From positions 16,292,789 to 16,356,788 of the forward strand of contig NC_083409.1 in NCBI RefSeq assembly GCF_020745735.1: a stretch of DNA of 64,000 bases, given 5' to 3'. The notes under the pieces were generated by a model. The model did no database searches. It was not told where the DNA came from and was given only the letters and a program-made list of their open reading frames with translations. The position numbers and the translations under genes are program-made. This DNA comes from Hemiscyllium ocellatum (taxonomy: Eukaryota). This document shows, piece by piece, positions 35,200 to 47,576 of the stretch (its first letter is position 1; every line of letters begins with the position of its first letter).

Positions 35200-38100
35200 A
35201 TCACAGAATTGTTACAGTGCACAAGGTGGCCATTCCACCCATCCTGTCTGGACCGGCTCTCTGAATGAGCAATTCACTGAGTGTCATTCTCCTGCTTTCT
35301 CCCTGTCACCCTGCACATTGTTCCTTTTCAAATAACAGCCTCATCCCTTCGGAATGTTTTAATTGAAGCTGCCTCCACCACACTCTCAGGCAGTGCATTC
35401 CACACCTTAACCACTCACTGGCTGAAAATGTTGCTCCCCATCTCAATTTTGTTCCTTTTCCCAATTACTTTCAATCTGTGGTCTCTTGGTCTGAATCCTT
35501 TCTTAATTGGGAACATTTTCTCCCTATTTACTCTGTCCAGGCCCTTCCTGATTTTGAATTCCTTGAACAAATCTCCTCTAAGCCTTCTCCAAAGAAGACA
35601 GTCCCAAATTCTCCAATCAAACTTCATAACTGATGTTCCTCATCCCTGGAATGATCTTTGGGAACAATTTTTGTCATTGCTACAAAACATTCGCCTCCTT
35701 CCAGAATTCTTCACATTATCTATATCCCTCATGATTTTCCAAACCTCTACAAGGTCACTCCTCAGAACCTTCCGCTTCAGGGGAAGAAGTCTCAGCTTTT
35801 CCAGCCGCTCATAGCCATGGAGTCATACAGCGTGGAAACAGACCTTTCAGTCCAACTTGTCCATGCTAACCAAATATCCTAAACTGACCTCAGCCCATTT
35901 GCCAGCATTTGGCTTACATCTCTCAAAACCCAACCTATTCATGTACCCATACCAATGTGTTTTAAATGCTGTAACTGTATCTGCCTCCAACACTTTCTCT
36001 GGCAGCTCAATCCAGACACGCACCACCCTCTGTGTGACAAGTTACCCCTCAGGTCCCTTTTGAATCTTTTGCGTCTCACCTTAAACTTATGTCCTCTTGT
36101 TTTGGAATCCCTTTCCCACGGAAAAGACCTTGGATATACACCCTGTCCATGCCCCTCATAGTTTTATAAACATCTATAAGGTCACCCCTTGGCCTTAGAT
36201 GCTGCAGGGAATATAGCCCTAGTTTCTTCAGCCTTTCCCGATAGCTCAAACCCTCCAAATCCTGGCCACATCCTTGTAAATCGTTTCTGCCACTTTTTAA
36301 GTTTAACAACATCCTTCCTATCTCAGGATGATAGGATTGTTCACATCATTCCCAAAGTGGCCTCACCAATCTCCTGCTGCAACATGATGTTCTAACTCCT
36401 GTACTCAATGCAGTGATGAACAAAAGCAAGCAAACCAAACACCTTCTTCATCACCCTGTCTACCTGTGACCCCACTTTCAAGGAATAATGTACCTGCATC
36501 TTCACCCCTAGGTCTGTTATTCAGCAACACTCCACAGGGCCCTCCCATTAACTGTATAACTCCTGCCCTGGTTTGCCTTTCCAAAATGCAACATCTCACA
36601 TTTATCTAAACTGAACTCCATTTGCCAACCTTCTGCCCATTGTCCCATCTGATCAAGGTCCCGCTGTACCCTGAGATAATCTTCTTCACAATCTACTGTC
36701 CCACCAATTTTGGTGTCATTTACAAACTTACCATAACTCCTATATTCACATCCAAATCATTTCTTTAAATCATGAAAAGCATTTGTGGACTCAGCACCAA
36801 TCCTTGCGGGCACACAGCTATTCACAGATCTCCAGTCTGAAAAGCAACCTTTTTCCACCACTCTCTGTCTCCTATCTGCAAGCCAATTTTTTTGACTTCA
36901 ATGGCTTGCTCCCCCTGGATCCCATGTGGTCTAACCTCACAACCAGTCTATGGTGTGGAACCTTGTCAAACACTTTACTCTGAAGTCCATACTGACAAGG
37001 TCTAGTGTTCTGTCTTCATCAATCCTTTTTGTCACCTCCTGAATCAAATTCATGAGACGTGATTTCCTATGCACAATGCCACACTGATTATCCAAACGAT
37101 GTAAATCCTGTCCCACAGAATCTACTCCAACATCTTACCCAGCACTGACATCAGGCTCACTGGTCTATAGTTCCCTCGCTTTTACTGACAGCCTTTCTGA
37201 AATAATGGCATAATCTTAGCCAACCTCTCTGTTTCTCCAGGACCTTATCCATGGTTGCCGATGATACATATATCTCAGCAAGGATCCCAAAAATCTCTTC
37301 CCCAGTTTGCCACAATGTTCTGGGGTACACCTGATCAGGTCCTAGGGTTTATCTACCTTTATGTGATTTAAGATTGTTTGCGTCTCCTCATTTATATGTG
37401 GTCTCTTTTCAAGACATCACTATTTTTCCGAATTCCTTAGCTTTCCCCACAATATATACTGACCTAAAATATTTGTTCAGGATCTCACCCATCTCTTGAG
37501 TCTTACCAAAATACAGCACTCACATTTATCTGAATTAAACTCCATCTGCCATTCCTCAGCCCACTGGCCCCGTTGGTCAAGATTCCATTGTATTCTTAGA
37601 CAACCTTCTTCACTGCCACTGATTAGATTAGATTCTCCAAAGCGTGGAAACAGGCCCTTTGGCCCAACAAGTCCATAATGATCCTCCGAAGAGTAACCCA
37701 CCCAGACCGACTTCCCTCTCAGTAATGCATCCAACACTATGAACAATTTAGCATGGCAAATTCACCTGACCTGCACATCTTTGGACTGTGGAAGGAAACC
37801 AGAGCACCCAGAGGAAAAACACGCAGACGCAGGGAGAATGTGCAAACTCCACACAGACAGTCACCCAAGGCTGGAATCGAACCTGGGACCCTGGTACTAT
37901 GAGGCTGCAGTGCAAATCTGTGAGCCACCATGCTGACGCCCCCGAGCCACCACTAAGCCACCAATGCCACCTGAAAATTCACCTAAACACACGCTTGCCA
38001 CTCTGGTCCCTCTCTGCCCATTACACTGCTGCTACCCTAAACTATATTCAGAAATTAAAGACACCCCCCCCCCTCCATTTATAATAGCTCTATCATATTT

Positions 38101-41100
38101 GCAGGTCTCTGTAAATTCCTTGCATTTGTATTCCTCCACATCCTTCCCACTGGGTGGTGACTTATTGACTGCTCTGAGGATTCTGTGGTCCTTGGTGGTC
38201 CTCTCTGATATTTGCCCCTGGCTCCCACAGCCCTGCCAAGTTAGTTTAAACCCTCTCTAACAGTAGTAAACAACCTCACAAAAATCTAAAGCCCTCCCTC
38301 ATGGATCCTCTTTCCAGCCCAGCAGTCACCTGTGTTCACCTCCTGATTCTATTCTCACTTGTGTGGGGTGCTGAAAATGTGTTGCTTGAAAAGCGCAGCA
38401 GGTCAGGCAGCATCCAAGGAGCAGGAGAGTCGACGTTTCGGGCCTGAGCCCTTCTTCACTTGCGTGGGGCACTGGGAGTAATCTGGAGATTCCTACTTTT
38501 GAGTTCCTGCTACTAATTAGCAGCAGGAACTCAAAAGTAGGTAGCTCCACATTACTTAAAAGTAGGAAGCTCCAAAACTTCTGACTGCAGGACCACATCC
38601 CTTTCCTCCCTCTGTCACTGGGACTGATGTGGACCACGACTGCTGTCTGTTCCCCCTCTCCCCTGAGGGTGTTCTGCAGCCGCTCAGTGATATCCTGGCA
38701 CCAGGGAGACAACACACCATCCTGGATTCCCATCTGCAGCTGCAGAAACACCTATCGATGCCTCAGTCTCCAATCTCCTCTCACTAAAACTTTTCCAGTC
38801 TTCCTTGTGCCCCCTGTACAGCTGAGCCCCCCATGGTGCCATGGACTTGGCTCTGGATGCACCCCCCAGATGAACCATCATTCTCATCAGGATTCTGAAC
38901 TGAATCCTGGTTGGAGAGTAGGATGTCTGGGGATTCCTGTACTAGCTGCCTGGTCCTTTTGGACTGTCTGCTGCTCCCCCATTCCCTCTCTCCCTGCATA
39001 CTCTGAAGCTGCAGAGTGACCACATCTAGAAACGTTTCTCCACGGAGCTCTCAGCCTCACGGACGCTCCGCACTGACACCAGCTGCTGCTCAAGCTCCAA
39101 AACCCAGAGCTCCAGCTGCTGTCATTGACCACACTTCCTGTACTCATGGTATTCCAGGACCGGGGAAACATTCTGAAATTCCCACATGGATGCACACTCT
39201 CTCCACTCTTGGATTATCTCTATGCAGAGTTCTGATGACAAACAGCTCCAGCAGGGCTCACAGTCCAGTAGGTTCAGTGTTCCAGGGTTTTGGAGAAACT
39301 CTCCAGAAGACTTTAAGAAATAGGAGCAGAAATCGGCCATTCAGCCCATTGAATCTGCTCTGCCATTTGACCTTGGCAGATGTGCTTCTCAACCCCAGTC
39401 TCCTGCCTACTCCACAGGAACTTTCCATCCCCTTAACAATCATGAACCTATCTATCTCTGTCTTAAATACACTCAGTGACTTGGCCTCCACTGCCCTCTG
39501 TAACAATGAGTTCCACAGATTCACCACCCTCCGGCTGAACAAATTCCTCCTCATCTCAGCTGGAAAGGGTCGGCCCTTCATTCTGATGCTGTGCTTTGGT
39601 TACCTCGTCTCTCCTATATTTGGAAACATCTTCTCCCCATCCACTCTATCCAGGTCTATCTGTATTCTGCAAATTTCAATAAGATCCCTCCTCATCCTTC
39701 TGTACTCCATTGAGTACAGACCCAGAGTCCTTAACCATGCCTCATATGACAAGCCCTCCATCCCCAGGATCATTCTTGTAAACCCCTCCAATGCCAGCAC
39801 ATTGTTTCTTAGAATATGGGTCCTAAATCTGCTCACAATATTCCAAATTCAGTCTGATCAGAGCCTTACACAGCCTCAGCAGTACATCTCTGCTCTTGTA
39901 TTCTGGCACTATTGAAATGAATGCTAATATTTCATTTGCCTTCCCAAGCACAGACTGTACCTGCCTGTTAACCTTAAGAAAATCCTGAATGAGGTTTGTG
40001 CTTTAGATTTCCAAAGGCTTTCCTCATTTAGAAAATACCTCCACACCCTGACTCCATTGATTCCTGAAAGATCATCAAAAATGTCTCCACAATCTCCTCA
40101 GTGATCTCCTTCAGAACACACTGGTGTAATTCATCCAGTCTGGGTGAGTAATCCACACTCAGACATTTCAGCATCCCCAGTACCTCCTCCTGAGTAATGG
40201 CCACTGCACTCACCTCTGCCCCCTGACAGTCTTGAAGTACTGGGACACTGCTGGTGTTTTCCATTGTGCAGACTGATGTAATGTATGGATTCAATTCCTC
40301 TGCTTTTTCTTCATTTCCTATTATTCTTTTTCCAATGTCTATTTCTGCCTCTCTCTTCCTTTTTATATATCTGATGAAACTCTTGCAATCTTCTTTTATA
40401 TTACTGGCTCACTTTCCCCCACATTTCACCTTCCGTACCCTAATTATTATTTTTTTTTAGTTATCCTCTACAGGTTTTAAAGACTTCCTAATCCTCTGGC
40501 CTCCCACTATTTTCCACCACATTGTGTGCTTTTTCTTTTGCTTTTATTCTGTCCTTGACCTCCCTCATCAGCCATGGTTACATTGTCCTCCCCTTAGTGT
40601 GTTTCTTCTTTTTTGGGATGAATTCCTACTCTGCTTCCTGAATTACCCCCAGAAACTCTGTTGTTTGCTGCCACACCATCTTACCTGCTCGGTTCCCCTT
40701 CCAATCAACTCTGGCCAGCTCCTTCCTCACGTCTCTGTCGTTCCCTTTACTCAATTGAAATACTGTTCCATCTGATTGCAGCTTCTCCCTCTCAAACTAC
40801 AGGGGGATTTCTATCATATTATGGTCACTTATCCATACGGATACTTTCACCTTCAGCTCACTGACCAAGTTTGCCTCATTACACATCACTGAATCCAGAA
40901 CTGCCTGTTCCAAACCGCAAGCTGTTTCAAAAACCATCTCATAGACATTCCATGAAAACTTTTTGTTGAGACGTGCTACCCAATCCACCTCTCCATTTTT
41001 TAAATGGATTTTCTGTCTCCTGATTGATTTCCTTCCCCACCCCCTGATTACTGCTTGGAGACCTGAACTTGCATCAGATTCTTTATTTCTTGGGTTCCTC

Positions 41101-42740
41101 AACTCTTCCCACACAGATTCTACACCTTCTGACTGTATCTTTCTTGCTATTGATTTAAAGTCATTTCTTACTAACAAGGCAACTCCTGTCCCTCTGCTCT
41201 TCTGCCTGTCTTTTTGATAGGATATGGATCCTTGGATATTTAGTTCCCAACCCGGATCCCCTTACAGCCATGTACCTGTGATACCCACAACATTGTACCT
41301 GCCAGTTTCAATCTGCACTACAAGCTTATTGTGTATATCTTGTGTATTTAAGTACAACACCCTCAGTACTACATTGACTGCCCTCCTTCTCATCAGTGTT
41401 CCTCTTATCTGCTGTGCTTGACATTTGATTCCTGATCCCTTCCATGCTCTCAGTCCTATTACATCTTCTAGAATCTTTGCTGACCTCTCCTGAGCCCTCC
41501 TCCACTTTAACTAGTTTTAATTACTTGGAAACTCAATTTACCTCGATTTGGGGCATCACTTTGTTTCCCTGACTCGGAATGCTTCGTGCATTTAGACACA
41601 AAATTTTTAAGTTTGATTTATTATTGATTTTCCCTGCACTTTTATGGTTCCTTTGATATTCAAAAATTCTATCCCTTCCTTTTATTTACTTGGAACAATC
41701 AATCCCATCACTAACCAGCAATCCTACCTTCTCCTTTATCTTCCATTTTCTCATTTTCCATTCAACTGAACCAAATTACTTTCTCTTTGGGTTGTGTTCA
41801 GGACAATATTTATCATTGAACCAAAATCGTGAAGAATGCTCTTTGATCTCATTGCTTCCAGTGGGATCTTGCTGTGTAGAAATTGGTTGCCCCTTTCCTG
41901 AAATTGCAACAGTGACTGGTTTTCAAGCAAAATGTAACTGTCTTTTGGAGAGTCTGAGGTGCTGAGGGCTTAACTGAAACACAATTAGAGTCATGGAGAT
42001 GTACAGCACAGAAACAGACTCGTCGATCTGACTCATCCATGCCAACCACAGAGACATAGAGTCATAGTGTCAGAGAGATGTACAGCACAGAAATAGATCC
42101 TTCTGTGTAACTCGTCCATGCCGACCAGATAACCTAAATTAATCTAGTCCCATTTGTCAGTATTTGGCCCATATCCTTCTAAACCCTTCCTATTCATATA
42201 CTCACCCAAATGCCTTTTAAATGTTATCATACCAGCCTCCACCACTTCCTCTGGCAGCTCATTCCAAAAATGTACCACTCTCTGCTGGAAAACATTATGC
42301 CTTAGTTCCTGTTTAAATCATTCTCCTGATACTTTCCACCTATGCCCTCTAGTTCTGGACTCCTTCACTCTGACCAAAATATCTTCTCTGTTCACTTGAT
42401 CGATGTCCCTCATTATGTTAGAAACCTCGATATGGTCACCCCTCAGCCTCCAGTGATACAGCGAAAATAGCCTCAGCCTATTCAGCTTATCCTGATCACT
42501 CAAACCCTCCAACTTGGCAACATCCTTGGAAATCTTTTCTGAACCATTTTAAGGTTCCCAACATTTTTCCAACAGCAGGGAGGCCAGAATGCCACAGATT
42601 ATTCCAAAAGGGGCCAAACTAATGTCCTGTACAGGTGCATCAGCTCCCAACTCCAATACTCAATGCATTGCCCAATAAAGGAAAGCATGCCAAATGACTT
42701 CGTCACCCCCCTACCTACCTGCAACTCCACTTTCAAGGAA
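35200..42740 (-). mobile_element. Multiple antisense CR1 fragments filling the J-C intron
   Basis: Minus-strand CR1 3' ends, RT, APE and esterase remnants at about 35200-37620, 38110-39020, 39310-41500 and 41990-42740. Confidence 0.8.
37621..37941 (-). mobile_element. HE1 SINE in the J-C intron
   Basis: GATTA tail and reverse-complement HE1 body. Confidence 0.85.
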
Positions 42741-42847
42741 CTAATCTTTTTTGGGATGAACTGGGAGTCTTTCAGTTGTGATTTTTCTAATCACCCTGTT
42801 CAGAAACAAACTTCTTGCTTTCACGCTTAACTAAAAATAAGATAAAG

Positions 42848-43180
42848 GAGGTAATGATTTAATGGTACTATTGCTGAGCTGTTCATCCAGAGATCCAGAT
42901 TAATGTTCTGGGGGCCAGGGTTAGAATCCTGCCACAGCAGATGGTGGAATGTGAATTCAATAAAAAAATCTGCATTTAAGTGTCCAATGATGACCATGAA
43001 ACAATTGTTGATTGTCAGGAAGAAGCCACCTGATTCCCTGATGTCCTTTAGGGAAGGAACCTGCCATCCTTACAATGTGACTCCAGACCCACAGCAATGT
43101 GGTTGACTCTAAACTGCCCTCTGGGTGATTAGGGATGGGCAATAAATGCTGATCCTATCAGTGACACTCACATCCCAAGA
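42848..43180 (+). mobile_element. SacSINE1-like (DeuSINE-type) SINE; its 3' remnant is shared with cluster 1 at about 1840-1900
   Basis: GTGACTCCAGACCCACAGCAATGTGGTTGACTC body and TAGGGATGGGCAATAAATGC tail; related copies at about 50700-51000 (-) and 53270-53515 (+). Confidence 0.7.
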
Positions 43181-43320
43181 AGCAATTTAAACAATGCCTG
43201 TTCTTTTCTGGGGTTTGTTAGGTATTGGCTACAAATGTTCAAACATTTTATCAATGAATATTCTGAGAGTTGAAATCCCTCCATATGGCAGGGATTAAAA
43301 CTGTTTCTCTTATCTTTCAG

Positions 43321-43649
43321 GCCGTGAGAACTCTCAGCCCAAGCTGACCCTGCTACCCCCTCCCCAGAGCAGGTCAATGCCAAGTGCTCTGCCACCCTGG
43401 TGTGCCTTGCCAATCACTTCTATCCCGATGAGCTGGAGGTGCAGTGGAAGAAGGACGGTGCAGTCATTTTGGACGGGGTTCAGACCAGCAACTACCTGCG
43501 AGCTTCGGACAGCACTTACAGTGTCAGCAGCCTTGCTGACCCTCTCTGGGTCTGACTGGGAGTCTGACGCTCGCTTCTCCTGTGCCCTCACCCACGTGAC
43601 CCTCCCCTCTCCCCTCAGCAAGAGCATCAGGAGATCAGAATGTGTGTAG
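43321..43649 (+). pseudogene. IGKC: Ig kappa constant exon, cluster 2, with two compensating frameshifts
   Basis: Acceptor TTTCAG, then RENSQPKLTLL. A -1 in the C-run near 43355 and a +1 T near 43533; ends FSCALTHVTLPSPLSKSIRRSECV*. About 97% identical to the C exon at 1374-1701. Confidence 0.92.
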
Positions 43650-44174
43650 AGTGTTGGAGACAGTCCACAGAGGAGACACAACTTTAAATAGAACAGGGCT
43701 GAGCTGGCAGGACAAAGGTCATTGCCAGCACTGAATTTCAACTCTCTTCCTTCTCAGGACTGGCTCAGAGACATTTCTGAGGTTCAGGGGTTATGATAGG
43801 TCATTGGGACACTGTAGATAGAGCTTTATGCTATGTCAAACCCCATGCTGTCCCTGTTCTGGGAGTGTTTGATGGGGACAGAGTTGACTTGTGATGCCAA
43901 GTAAAATCTCTTGAAGTTGCTGAAGACTGTCAGCTGTACAAAACAATGTGAACCTCAGAAGTCTCTGTTTCAGTAAACCAGATCTCCTTCCTGCTTAGCT
44001 GTCAGTTCCAATTTAAGGTTTTGTCACTGTTTGAAGGGAAAGGATTCTCATGTTATTGAGAAAATCTCCACAAGTGTTTGCCTCAAGCTCCAATGTGGCT
44101 GTGAATTTGAGCAGCTTCCTCTGTCTGGGCTGTTAATTGTAGTTTTTTTCTGTCAATGTTAATCTGGAAAAGGG

Positions 44175-44180
44175 AATAAA
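44175..44180 (+). terminator. polyA signal AATAAA of cluster-2 kappa transcript
   Basis: AATAAA at the end of a 3'UTR shared with cluster 1. Confidence 0.75.
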
Positions 44181-44399
44181 GATGAAGAAGTTTAAGTCTC
44201 TGTGTCTGTGTGCTTTGGAGATTGACGACTCCATTGAGCTGATTGGCTGCATTTCAGCATGGCATTGTCACAATTGGCTAATTGGCTTGTCAATCAATGA
44301 CACATCTTTGTAGAGGATACTGAGAGCCAATCATCAATCACTTTCAAATGATCCCTTTGATCTGGAATCATTGGAGGTTACAAGATTCCAAACAGTTTT

Positions 44400-45700
44400 C
44401 CATCAATGACAACCTGGACCATCTCTGACACCTCCCTCCCCTTCCTGGACCACTCCATCTCCATTAATGATGACCGACTTGACACTGACATTTTTTACAA
44501 ACCTACCGGCACCGAGAATTTCACCTACTTCCCAACCTACCTCTTGCAAAAAAGCCATCCTGTATTCCCAATTCCTCTGCCTCCGCCATATTTGCTCCCA
44601 GGAGGACCACTTCCATCACAGAACACATCAGATGGCCTTCTTCTTGAGAGACGGCAATTTCCCTTCCCACGTGGTCAAAGATGCCCTCCAACGCATCTCA
44701 TCCACATCCCACCCCTCTGCCCTCAAACCCCACCCCTCCTACCGTAACAAGGACAGAACCCCCCCTTCCATCTTCCACCCTACCAAACTTCGCATAAACC
44801 ACATCATCCAACGACATTTTCGCCACCTGCAAACCACCAGGGATATATTTCCCTCCCCACCCATTCCTGCTTTCCACAAAGACCGTTCCGTCCGTGACTA
44901 CTTGGTCAAGTCCACGTCCCCCAACAACCCACCCTCCCTTCCTGACACGCGCCCCTGCCACCGCAGGAATTGCAAAACCTCTGCCCACACCTCCTCCCTC
45001 ACCTCCATCTAAGGCCCCAAAAGAGCCTTCCATATCCATCAAATTTTTACCAGCACATCCTCCAATATCATTTACTGTATCTGTTGCACCTGATGCGGTT
45101 TCCTCTATATTGGGGAGACTGGACACCTCCTTGCAGAGCTCTTTAGTGAACATCTCCGGGACAACCACACCAATCAACCCCACTGCCCTGTGACCCAACA
45201 TTTCAACTCCCCCTCCCACTCTGCCAAGGACATGCAGGTCCTAGGCCTCCTCCACCGCCGCTCCCTCATCACCCGACGCCTAGAGGAAGAGCACCTCATC
45301 TTCCGCCTCGGAACACTTCAATCCCATGGCATCAATCTGAATTTCACCAGCTTCCTCATTTCTTCTTCCCCCCGCCTCACCCCAGCTCCAACCTTCCAGC
45401 CTCAGCACCATCCTCATGACCTGTCCTACCTGCTTATTTTCCTTTCCACCTATCCACTCCACCCTCATCTCTGACCTATCACCTCCATCCCACCCCCATT
45501 CACCTATTGTACTTGATTCTACTTTCTCCCCAACCCCCACTCATTTATCTCTCCACTCTGCAGGCACCCTGCTTCTATATCTGATGAAGGGCTTTTGCCC
45601 GAAACATTGATTTTCCTGCTACTGGGATGCTGCCTGACCTGCTGTGCTTTTCCAGCACCAATCTGATCTCGCCTCTGGTTTCCAGTCCTTGTTTTTACCT
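44400..45700 (+). mobile_element. Penelope-like element (probably Neptune-type), 5'-truncated: RT C-terminus, Cys linker, GIY-YIG, pLTR with hammerhead core
   Basis: LPFLDHSI...TDIFYKPT, KKAILYSQFLCLRHICS, PCHRRNCKT, NIIYCICCT..GFLYIGETG, EEHLIFRLGTL; CTGATGAAGGGCTTTTGCCCGAAAC at 45581-45605. Confidence 0.85.
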
Positions 45701-45859
45701 AGAAACAGAAAGCTGTTAGGACTCAATAATTACAATCTTAGGCATTCCCTCTTCACTCTGTGGTCCAGGCTCAGGTGCTGGGATTGCACTCTGCACTCTT
45801 TGCTGCATCCTGTGTTGTCCCTGAAGTGATCTTAGGTCAATCACTGACAGTGCAGGCTG

Positions 45860-46023
45860 CGTGTCCCTCTGAGTGTGAGTGTACTACATAATGCTGCCTG
45901 TAGGTGTCACTCTGAGTGTGGGTGTGTTATTCAGAGAGACACCTACAGGCAGCATGGAGCATGTTACTCAGTGCTGCCTGACTCTCTGAGTGTGTGTGTT
46001 ACTCAGTGTTGCCTGTAGGTGTC

Positions 46024-46054
<31 letters not shown>

Positions 46055-46390
46055 ATCTGTGTTATTCTGCACTGGCTGTAGGCAGTGCAATGATTTGGAG
46101 ATGCCGGTGTTGGACTGGGGTGTACAAAGTTAAAAATCACACAACACCAGGTTATAGTCCAATAGGATTAATTGGAAGCACACTAGCTTTCGGAGCGCCG
46201 CTCCTTCATCAAGGGAGTGTCCTCCACAACCACCTGATGATGAAGTGGCGCTCCGAAAGCGAGTGTGCTTCCAATTAATCCTATTGGACTATAACCTGGT
46301 GTTGTGTGATTTTTAACTCTGTATCTCAATGAGTGTGAGTATGTTACTCTGTGCTGCCTGTCGGTGTCTCTGAGGTATTTGTCTCTGAGT
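45860..46390. repeat. Degenerate TGCTGCCTGTAGGTGTC/CTCTGAGTGTG minisatellite with (GT)n
   Basis: Repeated units, one inverted, interrupted by the fold-back Penelope element. Confidence 0.7.
46090..46322. mobile_element. Fold-back Penelope pLTR element
   Basis: Arms at about 46128-46210 and 46233-46318 are near-perfect reverse complements, each with a degenerate hammerhead core. Confidence 0.8.
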
Positions 46391-46551
46391 GATGGGGGGA
46401 GAATGGCCTTTGTGATGGGGATTGAAGATTAGGCTTTAATGTTGTCAAATCTCGAAAGAAAAACACCTCAGTCTGAGATGGCAGCTCATTGAGGTGGCCA
46501 AGGTTAAAAATCACACAACACCAGGTTATAGTCCAACAGGTTTCTTTGGAA

Positions 46552-46587
46552 GTACAAGCTTTCGGAGCATTGCTCCTTCATCAGGCA
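46552..46587 (-). ncRNA. Minimal type-I hammerhead ribozyme motif (second Penelope family)
   Basis: CUGAUGA-A-GGAGC-AAU-GCUCC-GAAAGC-UU on the minus strand; palindromic AGCU stem III. Confidence 0.55.
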
Positions 46588-47576
46588 GCTAATGGGGCAG
46601 GATCATAGTTCACAGAATTTACAGTGAAATTGAGATGGCAGCTGAGAAAGGTGAATACTGAGAGTATATTCTCAGTAAGGGAGGGATTTCAGAGGCAGTG
46701 CACACTGTGCTCCCTAATGTGCTCCCAATTACAAGGGGATTTTCTGGAGCTGGAATCATTGCAGTAGTGGCTGTCTGCTCAGCCAATGCTGACTAGCCAT
46801 AGTCGTATTTCAATGGTCAATAAGCTCTAAACTAGATGCAGTAATATTACCTTACAGGGAGGAGAGCAGTGAGTGAGGTTGAATTCTTGCAGCCCCAAGA
46901 GGGATTGCAGTGGATTAATGAAGGGTGCTACCACCATGAAGGTGCCACCTTCACTCCCCCTGCCTCAGCTGTGGTGACCTTCAGGTTAAACACACCACCA
47001 GTCATCTCTGTCTGTAATGAGCAAGTGGGACGATGCTCCTCTGGGATGATGTCCACTTTCCTGGTGCTGGAGGGAAGGAGAAAGTGAAGACTGCAGATGG
47101 TGGAGATCAGGGTCAAGAGTGTGTTGATGGGAAACCGCAGCCGGTCAGGCAGCATCTGAGGAGCAGGATAATCAATGCTTTTGGCATAAGCTCTTCATTA
47201 GGAATGGAAGGAAGGCCAACCTCTCCCAAAGGCAGCAACAGGCTGGGTCAAAGGGGCATCAAGAGTAAGCATGGGGAGGTTGAGGGTGACAGAAGGAGGG
47301 GGTTGGTTGGCAGGTTGTTATTCAGAGTCAGGTCCCAGAGTATCAGTCCTTCTGACACTCCCCTTTTTATCTGTCAGCCGGGGCTCCCTGATTGGACAAG
47401 GTTAACAGCCCATCAAGGAACTTATATTTTATTGAAAAAAAAACATTTATTGAACAAGGAGCACAAGAGCTAAACGAGACAAGATAAAATGAATGGTTTC
47501 ATTATGAACATCACAAATGAGATTTGGGAAATAAGATGTTCATTCTGGGTGATGGGAATCTGGAATGGACTGTCAC

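Noticed and set aside
39016-39915. Longest ORF in the window (299 aa, +)
   Set aside because: Mostly the antisense frame of a CR1 ORF2 3' end; no protein motif
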